64,000 nucleotides of DNA from contig CALSCP010000774.1 of the NCBI GenBank assembly GCA_943704425.1, positions 105,208-169,207 on the forward strand, given 5' to 3'. Of the stretch, positions 46,680 through 58,585 are shown piece after piece. The stretch is from Ministeria vibrans ATCC 50519 (taxonomy: Eukaryota; Protista; Filasterea). Made by a program: the position numbers and the translations under genes. Below the pieces are notes generated by a model, which worked only from the letters and a program-made list of their open reading frames with translations, searched no databases and was not told the origin of the DNA. Each line of letters begins with the position of its first letter. Within the stretch, counting starts at the first letter, position 1.

Positions 46680-48914
46680 ATGGAGCCTATTCAACCAAGC
46701 GAAAGTACGAAAGCGCCCGAGAAGCAAGAGGCGTCGCAAGCGTCGCAACCATCCGCCGCGTTTGCGACGCCACCGCAAGTCGCGCTCCCTGGTGGCGGCA
46801 ATGCCGCCAGTGGAGCCGACCCCAATGCTATGAATGCCTTCATGAGTGCGTTCACCTCGCAAATGGCTCAAAATCCGTTATTGTCAGCCACAAATCCCCT
46901 CATGAGCTCGATGATGGCAAATCCTATGATGGCCATGATGATGATGGCAGCCTTCTCGCAAAACGCCGCTGTGAAAACGGCATCGGCTAGCGCCGACCCG
47001 TCTGGAAGTGCCCCCGATCCACAAAGTCATGGTACGCATGACGCCACTGCACATTTGCAGCAGCAGGCGCCAATGATGCCGCAAATGATGGGCATGGGCA
47101 TGCCACAGATGCAATGGCCCATGCCCGGCATGTGGGGTATGGGAAACATGGGCGGGATGGGTGCGGCGCCTTTTTTTTCTTCGTTTAACCCATATGCGCC
47201 CGCCGCCATGTCCGCCGCAATGGGCGGCTATCCGCCCATGCCCATGGCCGACATGATGGACATGGGTGGCGTCGCTGGAAACCCCGCAGCGATGGCAGCA
47301 GCAGCAGCATCGGCGGCGGCATCTGCTGCGGATGGTCTGACGTCGGTAGAAAATAATTCGGCCTTGGCGGAGAATGCAAACACTGATGACGAGATGAATT
47401 CGCACCATCGACAACCGCACACGATGCAGCAGCTGCAGCATCGAACCTCGACATCACCAACGGACCACAGCGCGCACCATGTCACCGTGGCAAAGCGCAG
47501 CGGAGGCCGCGGCCGACCCATGGGGCGGAAAAACGGCGCTTCCCCCGCGTTATCATCCTCTCACTCCCGCTTACCCGCAAGCGACGACAACGATCACCAT
47601 CACCCAATGTCGCTCGATGACGAGGCAACCACACCCGTGTCGCAGGCGGGACACGAGTCGTCCCCTTCGCGATTCAGCGTTAGCGGTCGCGAGATCAAGC
47701 GGCCCGCCTCGGCTGGCGACTACCTCGACTCCGAGCGTGCCGTGTCGCTTTTGCCCGAGTCGTCTGCCCGTGCCACCCCGTACACTCGCAAAGTGCCTGC
47801 AGCAGCGCGTCGCAAGAGCACCGACAACGATCCCGAAATCCGCAACCTTGCTGGCGCTGCTGCCATTGGCGGACACCACTTTGTGTCGGCGCGCAAGACC
47901 CAAGAACGCCGTCGTCCTCGCATGCGTGTTTCCGTCTCCTGCTTGCCCTGTCGCTCGTCGCACCGCGCCTGCAATGGCTCGCGTCCTTGTAACCGCTGCA
48001 CTCGCCTTGAGATTGCCGACATGTGCGTCAACGCCATCCAGCGTCGCCGTGGACCCGCTCCCAAGAAGCCCGAGGACCAGGCGGCGGCCGCCGAGCTTTT
48101 TGAGAAGCAACAGCGTCAGCTCAACTCTTTTTCCATGACCGTACGCCCCTATGCGCTTCATGCGGGCACTCAGCTCGACGCCAATGGCCAGGCCATCAGT
48201 GGCAGCGGTGGACCCATCCGCCACCGCCACGTGCACCGCCAGCGCGCGTCTGCCAGCACTGTGGCCGCAGCTGGCTCGAGCGTCGTCAGTCGCAAGGGTC
48301 ACACGCGCGCTGCGGCGCTCGCCAACCCGTTTATCAACAAGGGTGCCGACGACACCGATTCGGATTTGGACGAGGAAGAAATGCGCCAGCGGATCGACGA
48401 GATGGGCTCTATGGACGGACTGGAGGAGTTGGACGACGAGGAAGATGAAGACGAAGAAGAGGAGGAAGACGAGGAGGAGAAGGGAAAGGTGATGGAGGAG
48501 TTTGCGCGAGCGAGCGCGACAGAAGCGCAGTCGGAGGACAACGGGGAGGTGGAGGAGACACGCACCGAGTCGTTCCGCCATGGCGATGACGCTGATGTGG
48601 ATGAGGATGATGAAGGAAAACAGTTGGACATGACAGCCCCTCACACCACCACCGCAACAACTACAATGTTGGCCGCTAAGGCTAGTGACGGCGATGATGA
48701 GAGCAACGACATCGTAGTTGATTCCGGCTCTGACGAAAGCACAACCCACAACAACAACAACAACGCACAGCCCACCGACAAGCACCCGCCGCGTCTCTCT
48801 CGCCAACAACAACAGCACGCGGTCTCTCCCACTCTCCCAAAGGCCCACTCGCCTCCTCCCGCCCCCAAAAACCGTCGTGGTCGTCCTCCGAATCGCCCTC
48901 GCGCCAATGTTTAA
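46680..48914 (+). CDS. Zn(II)2Cys6 (GAL4-type) transcription factor with Met/Gly-rich N-terminus, acidic region and AT-hook-like motifs
   Basis: Single-exon 744-aa ORF containing CLPCRSSHRACNGSRPCNRCTRLEIADMC (C-x2-C-x6-C-x5-C-x2-C-x8-C) at ~47940-48024. GRGRP and RRGRPP motifs are also present. Confidence 0.85.
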   Translation: MEPIQPSESTKAPEKQEASQASQPSAAFATPPQVALPGGGNAASGADPNAMNAFMSAFTSQMAQNPLLSATNPLMSSMMANPMMAMMMMAAFSQNAAVKTASASADPSGSAPDPQSHGTHDATAHLQQQAPMMPQMMGMGMPQMQWPMPGMWGMGNMGGMGAAPFFSSFNPYAPAAMSAAMGGYPPMPMADMMDMGGVAGNPAAMAAAAASAAASAADGLTSVENNSALAENANTDDEMNSHHRQPHTMQQLQHRTSTSPTDHSAHHVTVAKRSGGRGRPMGRKNGASPALSSSHSRLPASDDNDHHHPMSLDDEATTPVSQAGHESSPSRFSVSGREIKRPASAGDYLDSERAVSLLPESSARATPYTRKVPAAARRKSTDNDPEIRNLAGAAAIGGHHFVSARKTQERRRPRMRVSVSCLPCRSSHRACNGSRPCNRCTRLEIADMCVNAIQRRRGPAPKKPEDQAAAAELFEKQQRQLNSFSMTVRPYALHAGTQLDANGQAISGSGGPIRHRHVHRQRASASTVAAAGSSVVSRKGHTRAAALANPFINKGADDTDSDLDEEEMRQRIDEMGSMDGLEELDDEEDEDEEEEEDEEEKGKVMEEFARASATEAQSEDNGEVEETRTESFRHGDDADVDEDDEGKQLDMTAPHTTTATTTMLAAKASDGDDESNDIVVDSGSDESTTHNNNNNAQPTDKHPPRLSRQQQQHAVSPTLPKAHSPPPAPKNRRGRPPNRPRANV

Positions 48915-50331
48915 TCTTTTGGGTTTTTTTATTCGCACAAGGTACCCCCTTTTTTTCCTTTTTGTTTTTGTCTAATCTTTCGGAAATCTTTTGTTGACTA
49001 TTCAATGTGACGATAACCCAAAGGCGAATAATTGTAATTATATTCCGATATCACAAAATTGTAAATGGTTCAAAAATAAGAGAGTTGAGAAAAAAGTGAT
49101 ATCTAAGCACACACAAAAAATAGATTGAGAACGAAAAAAAAGAGAAAAAAATGATGAAAGAGAGAGGGGGGGAGGGAGAGTAAGCGGAAGTGACGTATTG
49201 TTTTGTGGAGCGGTTCCTGTCTGAACACCCGTCCCATGTAAAAGGGCGTCTATAGTCAAACCCCCCCACGCACGCATATGCATACATCCACAGGAAAACG
49301 TATCGCTCACTCGCAACTTACTCGCAACTCTCTCTTTATTTTTCTAATATTGTGATTAATTTTGGTGAGTTGTGTTGTGTGTGACGGTGGGGGGTTCTTT
49401 CTTGTGTGTGTTGTGTGTGTGTATGTGTGGTGTGCGCTTAAATTTGTTTTTTTTGGTCCGTTCAAGTTTTCTTTTTTTGGCTCTTTTTCGCTCTCTTTTC
49501 ACTTTTTTTTGAGTGTGAGAGATTGAAACGGGGGAAAAGGGGAAAGTGAGAATAGTCACAAGAAGGACGAATTTTGTACGACAGTTTAAGGCATTTTATT
49601 CACGCTTTACTGTAAAGGCAGTGCACTACATTTCAATCTCCCTCCCACTTTCTTTTATTGCCTTTTCTCTTTTTGTCTTTTCTGTTCTCTCTTTTTTGTA
49701 TGTTTTCCTTTTTTCGCTCTTTTTTTTGTTCATTTTTGCAATGAATAGTATGAACGATAACTATTGTAATCTGATTGGATAGTTTTTAATCCGTTTTTCT
49801 TTGCGGTCTTTTTTTGCGAAAACTATATTAAGAACAGTGACTGAAACTCTTTTTTTTCTCTGTTTAGATTTATTAATATTATTATTGGTTTTGGCTCCTT
49901 AAGAAAAAGCGTGTGTGAAGTTTGTACAGATCGAGGGAGAAGAGAAGAAAGAATATAAGGAAAGTAAAGAAGTTCAGGAGCTTATTAAAATATCTATATA
50001 GTCAGCAGAAGAAGTATATAACCCATTTATTAACGATGTAAGATTGAAATAAAAGGTTTCTTTTCAATAAATGCAGTAATAAACCTGCTTTCCTGAAAGA
50101 AGTGCAACCCTAATATATTCACATTAATTATTTTCTTTTTTATTGACTGCGGGTAGCTCACTCCCTTTGGCTCTTCTCCCTCCTTCTTTCTTTTTTCCTC
50201 CTTCTCTCCCTCTCTCTCTCATATCACTTGTCATAATAATAATAATAATAATCATAATCATAATAATTTAATAATAATAATAATTATTATTATTATTTCA
50301 TTTTACAGTGACAATAATAATAATCATGTTG

Positions 50332-51846
50332 TCAAACATTATTGAGAAGGAGCACCGCAATGAAACCCACAAAAAAGGCGAGACTGATAAAGGGGGTGTC
50401 AACATCGTCTTCGGCGTGAGCTTCGGGAAGAAGCTCCTCGGCAATGAGATAGAGTAGGGCGGCCGTGCCAAAGGCAATGAGAGCGGAGAAAACGGGGGAG
50501 GAAGGGGGAACGGAGGAGAGGGCAGCAGATCCAATCAGAGCGCCGACAAACATAAGGAGGGGCAGAAGGGAGGTGATGATAATGCGAGTGGGGAGGGGCA
50601 GGCGTGAAGAGGACGAGAGGGCCGCCGAGAGCGACATGCCCAGAAAGGTCATTTCAATGGTGAGGGCGATGGTCATGAGGATGCCCGCTTGGAGGGAGGT
50701 GGCGCTCATGAGGCCGATGAGGAGGCCGTCCTGGAGGATGTCGATGGCAACGGCGAGCAGAAAGGCCCACGGGAAGTGCTTTGTATGCGTGGTGGGTGAG
50801 GAAGTCGTTGTGTGAGGAGCACTGGAAGAATGACTGGAGGGAAGCGCGGTGGAGGAAACGGGGAGGAGCGGAGCGTCGTCGTCGTTGTGGTTGTTGTTGG
50901 TGTTGTCGTCGTCGTCGTTGAGCGAGATCCGCTCCGCATTGTTATTGCTGTTGTTAATGTTGTTGTGGAGGTGGGCACTGACGACGAGAGAGGTGCGAAT
51001 GGGCGACTTGGTGATGCTGAGAATGGAGGAGGAGCGGTTGAAGAGCGACGGGTTGGGCGGTGCTCGAGAGGCGGCGACCGACATTGACATGCGATGCGCC
51101 ATTTGCGGCGGCGGTGGAGAAGGCAGGGAGTGGATGACTTCACTCGCAGGCAGGGTATGCGATGCCTCCTCTTCTTCCTTTTTGTTGTCTTGTTCGGCTC
51201 TGCTCTCGCACAGTCCTGTGACCACTTTGATTCCCAGCATGAGCACCGTCCCCGCAAAGAACCCACTCAAGGTCGCCCACCACTGGACGTGGGGAGCCGC
51301 GAGCAAGGGAACCAACTCGACGGCCACAGACGCGGTCAGAATGCCTGCCGACAGATGGTTGAAGACGCAGCGGAGGACGGCACCGGGCACGTGCCAGGCA
51401 GCGAGCGCCGCGCCTGAGATCATGAAGAGAGCGGTGATGGCAACGAAGATGGCGGCCTGACCAAACTGCTTGGCAACATCTGCCGCTCCCGTCACTAGCA
51501 CCTGTAGCATGTTGCTATGCTGCTGCTCCAGGGCATCGATTGAGGCGCACGAGACGCTTGACGCGCCGTTGTGGAGGAGAGACAGTTGCAAATCAACATG
51601 CCCACTGCCATTGGCGGGATAGAGCGCCAGACGAGGGCTGACGGTGCACACGGTGGCGTCGCTGCATAGACAAACAACCTTGCCAGTCGCACTGGCATTG
51701 CTGTGCGTCACCAAGAGCGAGACGGACACATTTTGACCCGACAATCCCGTCAGAAAGTCCGTCGAAAATCTCAGGTCGCAATCCGCAACCGAGGCAAACG
51801 CAAGCATCGCTACCACCAAAGCAATGCACGAGTATCTCACACTCAT
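50332..51846 (-). CDS. ZIP-family metal transporter, variant (bacterial-like) type, with signal peptide and N-terminal extracellular domain
   Basis: Intronless 504-aa ORF with NHLSAGILTASVAVELVP, a long low-complexity loop, AVAIDILQDGLLIG, ALTIEMTFLG and FGTAALLYLIAEELLPEAH. The hydrophobic pattern fits the 3+5 TM ZIP topology. Confidence 0.82.
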   Translation of the reverse strand: MSVRYSCIALVVAMLAFASVADCDLRFSTDFLTGLSGQNVSVSLLVTHSNASATGKVVCLCSDATVCTVSPRLALYPANGSGHVDLQLSLLHNGASSVSCASIDALEQQHSNMLQVLVTGAADVAKQFGQAAIFVAITALFMISGAALAAWHVPGAVLRCVFNHLSAGILTASVAVELVPLLAAPHVQWWATLSGFFAGTVLMLGIKVVTGLCESRAEQDNKKEEEEASHTLPASEVIHSLPSPPPPQMAHRMSMSVAASRAPPNPSLFNRSSSILSITKSPIRTSLVVSAHLHNNINNSNNNAERISLNDDDDNTNNNHNDDDAPLLPVSSTALPSSHSSSAPHTTTSSPTTHTKHFPWAFLLAVAIDILQDGLLIGLMSATSLQAGILMTIALTIEMTFLGMSLSAALSSSSRLPLPTRIIITSLLPLLMFVGALIGSAALSSVPPSSPVFSALIAFGTAALLYLIAEELLPEAHAEDDVDTPFISLAFFVGFIAVLLLNNV

Positions 51847-51930
51847 ACCAGCAAGTATTTGTTACACGTTAATATAAAAAATGACCCAAAATTATTCACA
51901 TTAAACATTATTTTGACAAACTTTTTTTTT

Positions 51931-54900
51931 ATGCTCTCTCCAAAACGTCTTCGGGCTACACTGATCAGGCCAACGTCAGGATCGGCGACCGCTCCCTCTC
52001 TGGCGTCGGGCAGTGTGCCGTCGGCAACAGCACACCGAAAAGTTAGTTTCTTCCTCTCTCTTTCTCTCTCTCTCTCTGTCTCTCTCTCTCTCTCTACGTC
52101 TCTCTCTCTCTCTCTCTCTACGTCTCTGTCTTTTTCTCTCTCTGTCTCTCTCTGTCTCTCTCTGTCTCTGTCTTCCTCTTACGACCCACTCTGTTGCTCT
52201 ATTTGCTTTGCTAGGCCGCCGCCCCAACGTCCTTCTCGACGAGTACGTCCGTTGAGACGGCTGCGCATCGTGTTGCAAATTTACTGCAACGACCCGAACA
52301 GTTGGACAAAATTGAATCGCTGGTGCGCAAAACGGACGATCAGAAGCAGTCTGTCGAGGCCCACTTGAAGGTGCGTACACGCAGAGAGTAGACCAGAGCA
52401 TGTTTTGAACGGCGGTTGTCTGTGGTGAGCGTTAGGCGGCCCTTCAGAAGCAACTCGACGACATTTCGACGGGCATTGACAACCTTGAGATTGCCACGGA
52501 CACCGTGCACGTTGTGCAGTCGAATCTCGACGACATGCAAGCACAGTGCAACCGTGTTCTCGACCTGAGCAGCCGCATGGACGAGTTAGAGGTGAGCGCA
52601 CGCAAAACGCAAGAAAAGGTGTTGTTGTTTCGCACTCGCGCTGACTCTCCTCGCTCAACACAGGCCCTGAACAATCGACGAAAAGAGGCGCTCTCGACCA
52701 AAGAAAACCTCTATCGTATCTTTACTGTGCCCGACACGGTCCGCCAACTACAGTCCATGCTTGACGGGTGAGATCACCACCACAACCATACGTTAACCCT
52801 ATATTAATAATAATAATAATAGTTATTATTATTACAATATTAATACAATCTTTTTATTTTCATTAGCGAATCTCCTAATCTCCTTGAGATTCACGAACAA
52901 CTGACGGCACTGGAGTACTGTCGCGACGAGCTACTGTACCACGCTCGTGAGTTACCAGACGAGCGCAACTCGCTCGAGTGGTACTTCACAGAGGTCGAGC
53001 GACTGCGCGGCGAACTGGAGACGCGCGTGTTTGACTTGCTCAAGACGGCGCTACTGCGCGCACGTGACAATTCACGGGCGCTCGTGTCTGCCTTGCGGAT
53101 TGTGGAACGCGAAGAGACGATTGACAAGCGGGTGGCGGAGGCGGCGACGGGGGAGGTGGCAGTTGGGGCACCAGTTTTGCTGGTGGATGTGTCGCGTCGG
53201 CCGCGTCGGTACCGCCGCCAACTGGAGGAGCTGCTGTCGCAGAGCATCCAGGAGCGATTTGAGGCAGAACTGTTTCCGCTGACGGCCGAATCGAGCGATA
53301 TTGAGGCTCTGATGGACCGGTGCACCGAAGTGGTCTATGGCGATCTGATTGGAGTGCGCAAGTATGCTCTGCCGTGCTTCCCACCGCATTACAACATTCT
53401 GCGGTGGTACGCGCAGGAGTACCATCGACGGTTGTACGGCATGCTGGACCACTGTGCGTCGTACATGAAGGAGGCGCCAGGCATTTTGGTGCTATTCAAA
53501 TGGCTTCACACGTACCAGCCCATCCTCAGCGAGAATGTCGGTCTCAGCGACGCTGACTGTGCCACCCTCCAGCCAGTGCTGCTCGACCAGCAGGCAGACG
53601 CGCTCCTGTTGCGCTACACCGATGTGGTTCGCTCAAAAATGAATGAGTGGGTGCGCAATCTCATTGAGACTGAGCTCACCGAGTGGTTTGTTGCGCCCGA
53701 CGGACCACCCGAGCCCGACACAAACGCCGACGGCCATTACATCACTTCGGCTACAGTCATTCTCTTTCAAATGGTTGATCAGCAAGTAAGAGTCAATAGT
53801 TGTTTACATCGCCTGTTTGTTTATGTCCCTCTCCTCTCTCTCTCTCTATCACTTTGTTTCTCTCCCCCTCCTCTCTCTATCACTTTGTTTCTCTCCCCCT
53901 CCTCTCTGTATCACTTTGTTTCTCTCGCCTCCTCTCTCTCTCTCTCAAACTCTCTTTCTCTCTCTCAAACCCTCTCTCTCTCTCTCAAATCTCCTCTCTC
54001 TCTCAAACTCACTATCTCTTCTTGGCCTCATAGGTTGGCGTTGCGTTTCGTACTTTGCACATGCCCATTATCCTGCAGGTGGTTCAGGAGTGCGTTGCGA
54101 TGCTGTTGCTGTTTCAGACGGACTTTGAGCGTGCACTGCGACGTGAAGGAGAGCGGTACTTTGGGACAGTGCCGGAAGAGCGACGCGCGGGCTTTGTGGA
54201 GTATATGATGGCGGTGGTGAACAACACGCGAAAGTGTCGCGACTATGCGAATGAGTTGGCAGAGCGTGTGGATCGCACGATTGACCAGCAGTACCAGGAG
54301 ATGTGTCGCAATCAGATTCGCGGCATGGTCGATGGGTTTACGCAGTTGGCTGAGGTTGCAGTGGACCTGTTGATTGATGTGCTTCTGATGGACATTGTGC
54401 CAGCGTTCAACGCGCTCTTCACCACTGCGTGGTACGTGGTGCCCAGTAGCACTGCACGCACTGTCGAGTCCATTGTGTGCACCCTCGACGACTACACGGG
54501 CGACTTTGCTCATCACATGGACGCCGATTTCTTTGCGTTGCTTGCCTTTCGTTTGCAACTGCGCGTGCGCGCCGCCTTTGTGGCGCGTGTTCTCGCTCCA
54601 AAGACCCTCCTGAGCCCCACGCGTGACGTCGGAAACCGCATTCGCAGCGACACGGATCGCCTTGTGCGTTGCTTCATTGCAATGCGGCCCGCTCGTCGTG
54701 CCAACGACGACACGACACTTGTTATGCCAGGTGCTCTGGTGGATGTGGACCCGGCCGTGCACGCGCGTGACATCACCGAGTGTTTTTCAGTGCTCACCGA
54801 CTTGGCATCGCTCGCGAGCGACGACGAGACTCTGCGCTTTTCGACCTTCTTCAAGTTGTACAAGGAATTCCCTGTCGAGGCACTGGCCATTGCGGAGCGA

Positions 54901-55041
54901 CTCTTGCGTAACCGCGACGACATTGCGCGCAGTGATCGAGGTCCCATTCTTGAGGGTATGCGCGACATGGTCGTAAACACACCTGTCCATCCCAATCCGC
55001 GCAAGGGCAATGTTTTTGCCTCCTGTAACCTTAATATGTAA
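51931..55041 (+). CDS. EXOC3: Exocyst complex component 3 (Sec6)
   Basis: Spliced frame gives AAHRVANLLQRPEQLDKIE…SVEAHLK/AALQKQLDDI, ENLYRIFTVP, NLLEIHEQL, LVSALRIVEREETID, PCFPPHYNILRWY, VILFQMVDQQ, MAVVNN and TLDDY. These are Sec6/EXOC3 motifs. First exon 51931-52041 is inferred. Confidence 0.92.
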
Positions 55042-55195
55042 AAATAATAGTCATGCCATTTATAAATTATAATATGTCGAGCGTACAATACAGAATTTAC
55101 TCAATAACATTAATCAATATCAATACTCAATCATTATAATAATATCAATAATCATTTTAAATTTTTATTCATTCAATTTCATTTGATTTCGAATT

Positions 55196-56861
55196 ATGCT
55201 CGTTGTGTGCCATCCCGTCGACGAAAACGTCGTCGTTGTAGCCCGAGGAGCAACCTTTGCCGTTGCAGATGTGTCGTCGTAAGGGTCTTCTTGGGCGTAA
55301 AGAGACGATGATACCCTTTTTTTTCTTTTTTTTCTGTCGTGTCTTCTGCTTCTCAGGACGGACAACGTGAGAACGTTTGCTGCGCCTGTTCCTGCGCCAG
55401 CAGCCGCTGCAAGTGCCACCGAAGCAGCAGCAGCAGCAGCAGCGCCATCGACGGACACCACTGGTGGCGCGGGTGTCTCGTCCGATGCTGCTGCGGCGGC
55501 GGCGGATGGGGCGGACGAGACGGACGACGCCACGGGCGATCGCGTTGTTGCAATGGCGTTTAACAGCACAGGGACACGCTTTGCCGCCGTCTACGACTCC
55601 AAGACGGTCATTGTGTACGACAACACATGGTCTGCGGTGGGCCAGTGGGCGCTGCGCAAGCGACCGACGACAGTGGCGCTTGCGTCGTCGTCGTCACTCG
55701 TGCTGGTGTGCGACAAGGTCGGCGATGGCCACTTGATCGACACGTCGCGCTGCTCTGCCGAGGAGATTGCCGCGTGGAACAAGGACAAGCCAATTCTGGG
55801 GCACTTGTCGGTGATCTTTGACGTGAAACTCATTCACAACGATCGCTATGCAGTGACGGCCGATCGCGAAGGGAAACTACGCGTGAGTCGCTTCCCCGAC
55901 GCCCACATCATCGAGCGCTTCTGTCTGGGCCACACCGAGTTTGTAGTGACATGTGTGACAAGCACAGCACATCCAGATCTGGTGCTGTCGGGCTCGGGCG
56001 ATGGCACAGTGCGCGTGTGGAATGCGCTCACGGGCGAGTGCGTTTCGTGCGAGCGAGTTGAACCAGAAGAAGCAGAGGCAGAGGCAGAGGCAGAGGCAGA
56101 GGCAAGTGAGGAAGAAGGAGCGAAACGAGTGCCTGTGGTGGCAATGGCATGTGACAATGCGGGATGTGTTGTGGTGGCACTGGAGCACAGTCGCACACTC
56201 ACAGTGTTTGCGCAGTCAGCGCACAACGGAACACTCACCCGCACCGGAACAGTCACAGTCCCGTCCAACAACAGTACGAGTAGTGCGGTCAGTGCACTTT
56301 CGTTTGACTCGGCCCATCGCTTGTGGGTCGTCTGTTCGCCCTCCTCGCCCGAACAGGAACAACAACCACAGTCCCCTCACATCACAATGTTTACCAAACA
56401 CACACCCGACAACTCGGTAACAGCGAAAACCCCCCTCCATTGAATATCAAGTGTGTCACTCACTCACTCTCACTCACTCACTTTGTTTCTTTCTCCCTCT
56501 TCTCTCTCTCACTCACTTTGTTCTTTCTCCCTCCTCTCTCTCACTCACTTTGTTCTTTCTCCCTCTTCTCTCTCTCGCTCACTTTGTTCTTTCTCCCTCC
56601 TCTCTCTTTCTTTCTCTTTCTCTCTTCTTTTTTTCTTTCCAGCTGACTCACTGTGCTATGCCGCTCACTGCGCTCTGTTCTGCCCTTCCCGACTCCTCCA
56701 CTCTTCCTCCTTCCGTCTCTTCCTTTTACCTTTCTGCTCCCAATGCTCCTCATTTTGGCGCTGATAAGTATTACGAGCGCAAACGCAAACGAATCGAACA
56801 AAAGGCCCATCAACAATCCAAAAAGACCAAAAATGTCACTGAAATCGATTCACCATCATAA
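55196..56861 (+). CDS. WDR4: tRNA (guanine-N7)-methyltransferase non-catalytic WD40 subunit (WDR4/Trm82)
   Basis: Motifs RKRPT, VCDKVGD, ILGHLSV, TADREGKLRVSRFPDAHIIERFCLGHTEFV, LSGSGDGTVRVWN and C-terminal YYERKRKR. Introns near 55279-55356 and ~56416-56642. Confidence 0.88.
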
Positions 56862-56919
56862 AATAAAAAATCCGTCTTTTCCTCTATTGCTTCAAGGTTT
56901 TGACTTTCTTTTTTGTACG

Positions 56920-58268
56920 TTATTTGAATGAGAGAGCGAGCTTGGTCAGAGCACTCACAAACTGACTGTTTTGCTCCGGAGTTCCAACTGTCACTCGCAA
57001 ACAATCAGAACAGTGAATTTCGTTTCCCTAAAACAAACAAAAACAATATTACTAACTGTTTTGCGCTGTGTGTTTCGTGAGTACTCTGAATCGACAGACA
57101 ATTCCGTCGTTGGCCATTGTTTTGTAGATTCTATAATAAGTATTAATAAAAGAGAGATAGGAGGAAGAGAGGAGAGAGGGAGAAACAAAGTGATAGAGAA
57201 AGATGAGTTTGAGTTTGCGTGACATTGATTGTGTTTCTCATTGGTCTTTTTTTACTGATGAGCATTTTCAATGCGGAACAAAATGAAGTTGGCGTCGGAC
57301 GGGAAAACTCTCTAAGAAAAAGAAGGTGGTTATTAACATAATGGTTGATAGTGCGTATTTTCTTTGATTTTTTGTACCGAAACAGATTCAATCGATTGGA
57401 GTGCGGAAATCATTTTCGTTCGTTCTTCCTATCAACGTTTGACCGTATAAGTTTCGTGTGATTTGTTTGTTTGTTTGTAGCTATTGTTATTTGTGATCGA
57501 ACCTTCACAATTTCAACCCATTTCTGCATTTTGGAAAGATTCTCAAATGCCTCACAAGCAATTGCTAGAACAGAAAAGAAGCAAATTGAATGAGAGATGA
57601 GAGAGATTTTTTTGCTTCGTTTCTTTGACTCACCCGAGGTCATTTTGCTGATATTGTAAGGAGCTTTGACGCGATTCATAATGTCAATTGTAAACGAGTG
57701 ACCCATTGCAAACCCACATCTACAAAGAGAGAAAAAGAATGGGAAAAGGAGTTTCAAAATGTTTGCTTTTGTGTGTACCGAATTCCGGCGAGTCCAAAGC
57801 TCTTTGAAAGAGTTTGAAGCACAACAACCTACAAAGCAACAAATGAATTAATTCTTCCTGGTTACCATTCATTTTTGATTGACAATAAGCTAGAGAAGAG
57901 GTTAAGAAACAGAGTGATAGAGAGAAAATATCAAAATATCTTGCGATTTTTTACGTTTGGGTGAGAGTGAATAAGTGAAGTAAGACTGGGTTCATCGGCA
58001 AAATCGATGTATGCTTCGTCAATCACAACAATTCCTACAATAACAATATTATTATTATTATTAATTATTGATAATAATTAATTATTATTATTATATTTCT
58101 CTTTTTTGAAAACAGAAAGAAATCAATTCATACATCATTGAGCGTACCTTTGAAACCTGTAGCGACTTCTTCGATGGCCGATCGGTTGAGTAAGTTTGCA
58201 GTAGGGTTGTTTGGAGAGCACAGAAACACGATCCGGATTGTTTGGTCACGAGAGACTTTCTCAATGAC
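56920..58268 (-). CDS. hisC: Histidinol-phosphate aminotransferase, 3' half only (5' exons not found)
   Basis: About nine short exons encode IVFLCSPNNPT, GIVVIDEAYIDF, VVVLQTLSKSFGLAGIR (PLP lysine), VKAPYNIS, SDANFILF, GIVCRFRG and CLRVTVGTPEQN. Stop TAA at 56920-56922. The N-terminal ~150 aa are absent. Confidence 0.85.
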
Positions 58269-58319
58269 CTACACAAAATCAGTGTTACCTCCATTTCTTT
58301 GTTCTCGCTATGGCCTTGT

Positions 58320-58378
58320 TCTCTCTCCTTCTATCACTTGAATTTCTATTCTCTCTCTCTCACTTTGTTTCTTTCTCC

Positions 58379-58460
<82 letters not shown>

Positions 58461-58506
58461 TCTCTCTCTCTCCCTCTCTCTCTCTTTCCCCCCCTCTCTC
58501 TCTTTC

Positions 58507-58538
<32 letters not shown>

Positions 58539-58585
58539 TCCCTCTCTTTCCCTCTCTCTTTCCCTCTCTTTCCCTCTCTTTTTTG
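58320..58585 (-). repeat. (TC)n microsatellite with reverse-complement motif CACTTTGTTTCTTTCTCCC, at the hisC/EML junction
   Basis: Motif at ~58361-58379, followed by ~200 bp of TC/TCC repeats. Confidence 0.9.

Noticed and set aside
45700-46680. Possible ncRNA or tRNA in the long intergenic region (short inverted repeat TACGGTC/GACCGTA at ~46057-46110)
   Set aside because: No cloverleaf, A/B boxes or recognisable snRNA motifs; a 7-bp stem is expected by chance.
47571-48938. 455-aa antisense ORF opposite the Zn2Cys6 gene
   Set aside because: It is the in-register mirror of an acidic/low-complexity sense ORF and has no domain signal.
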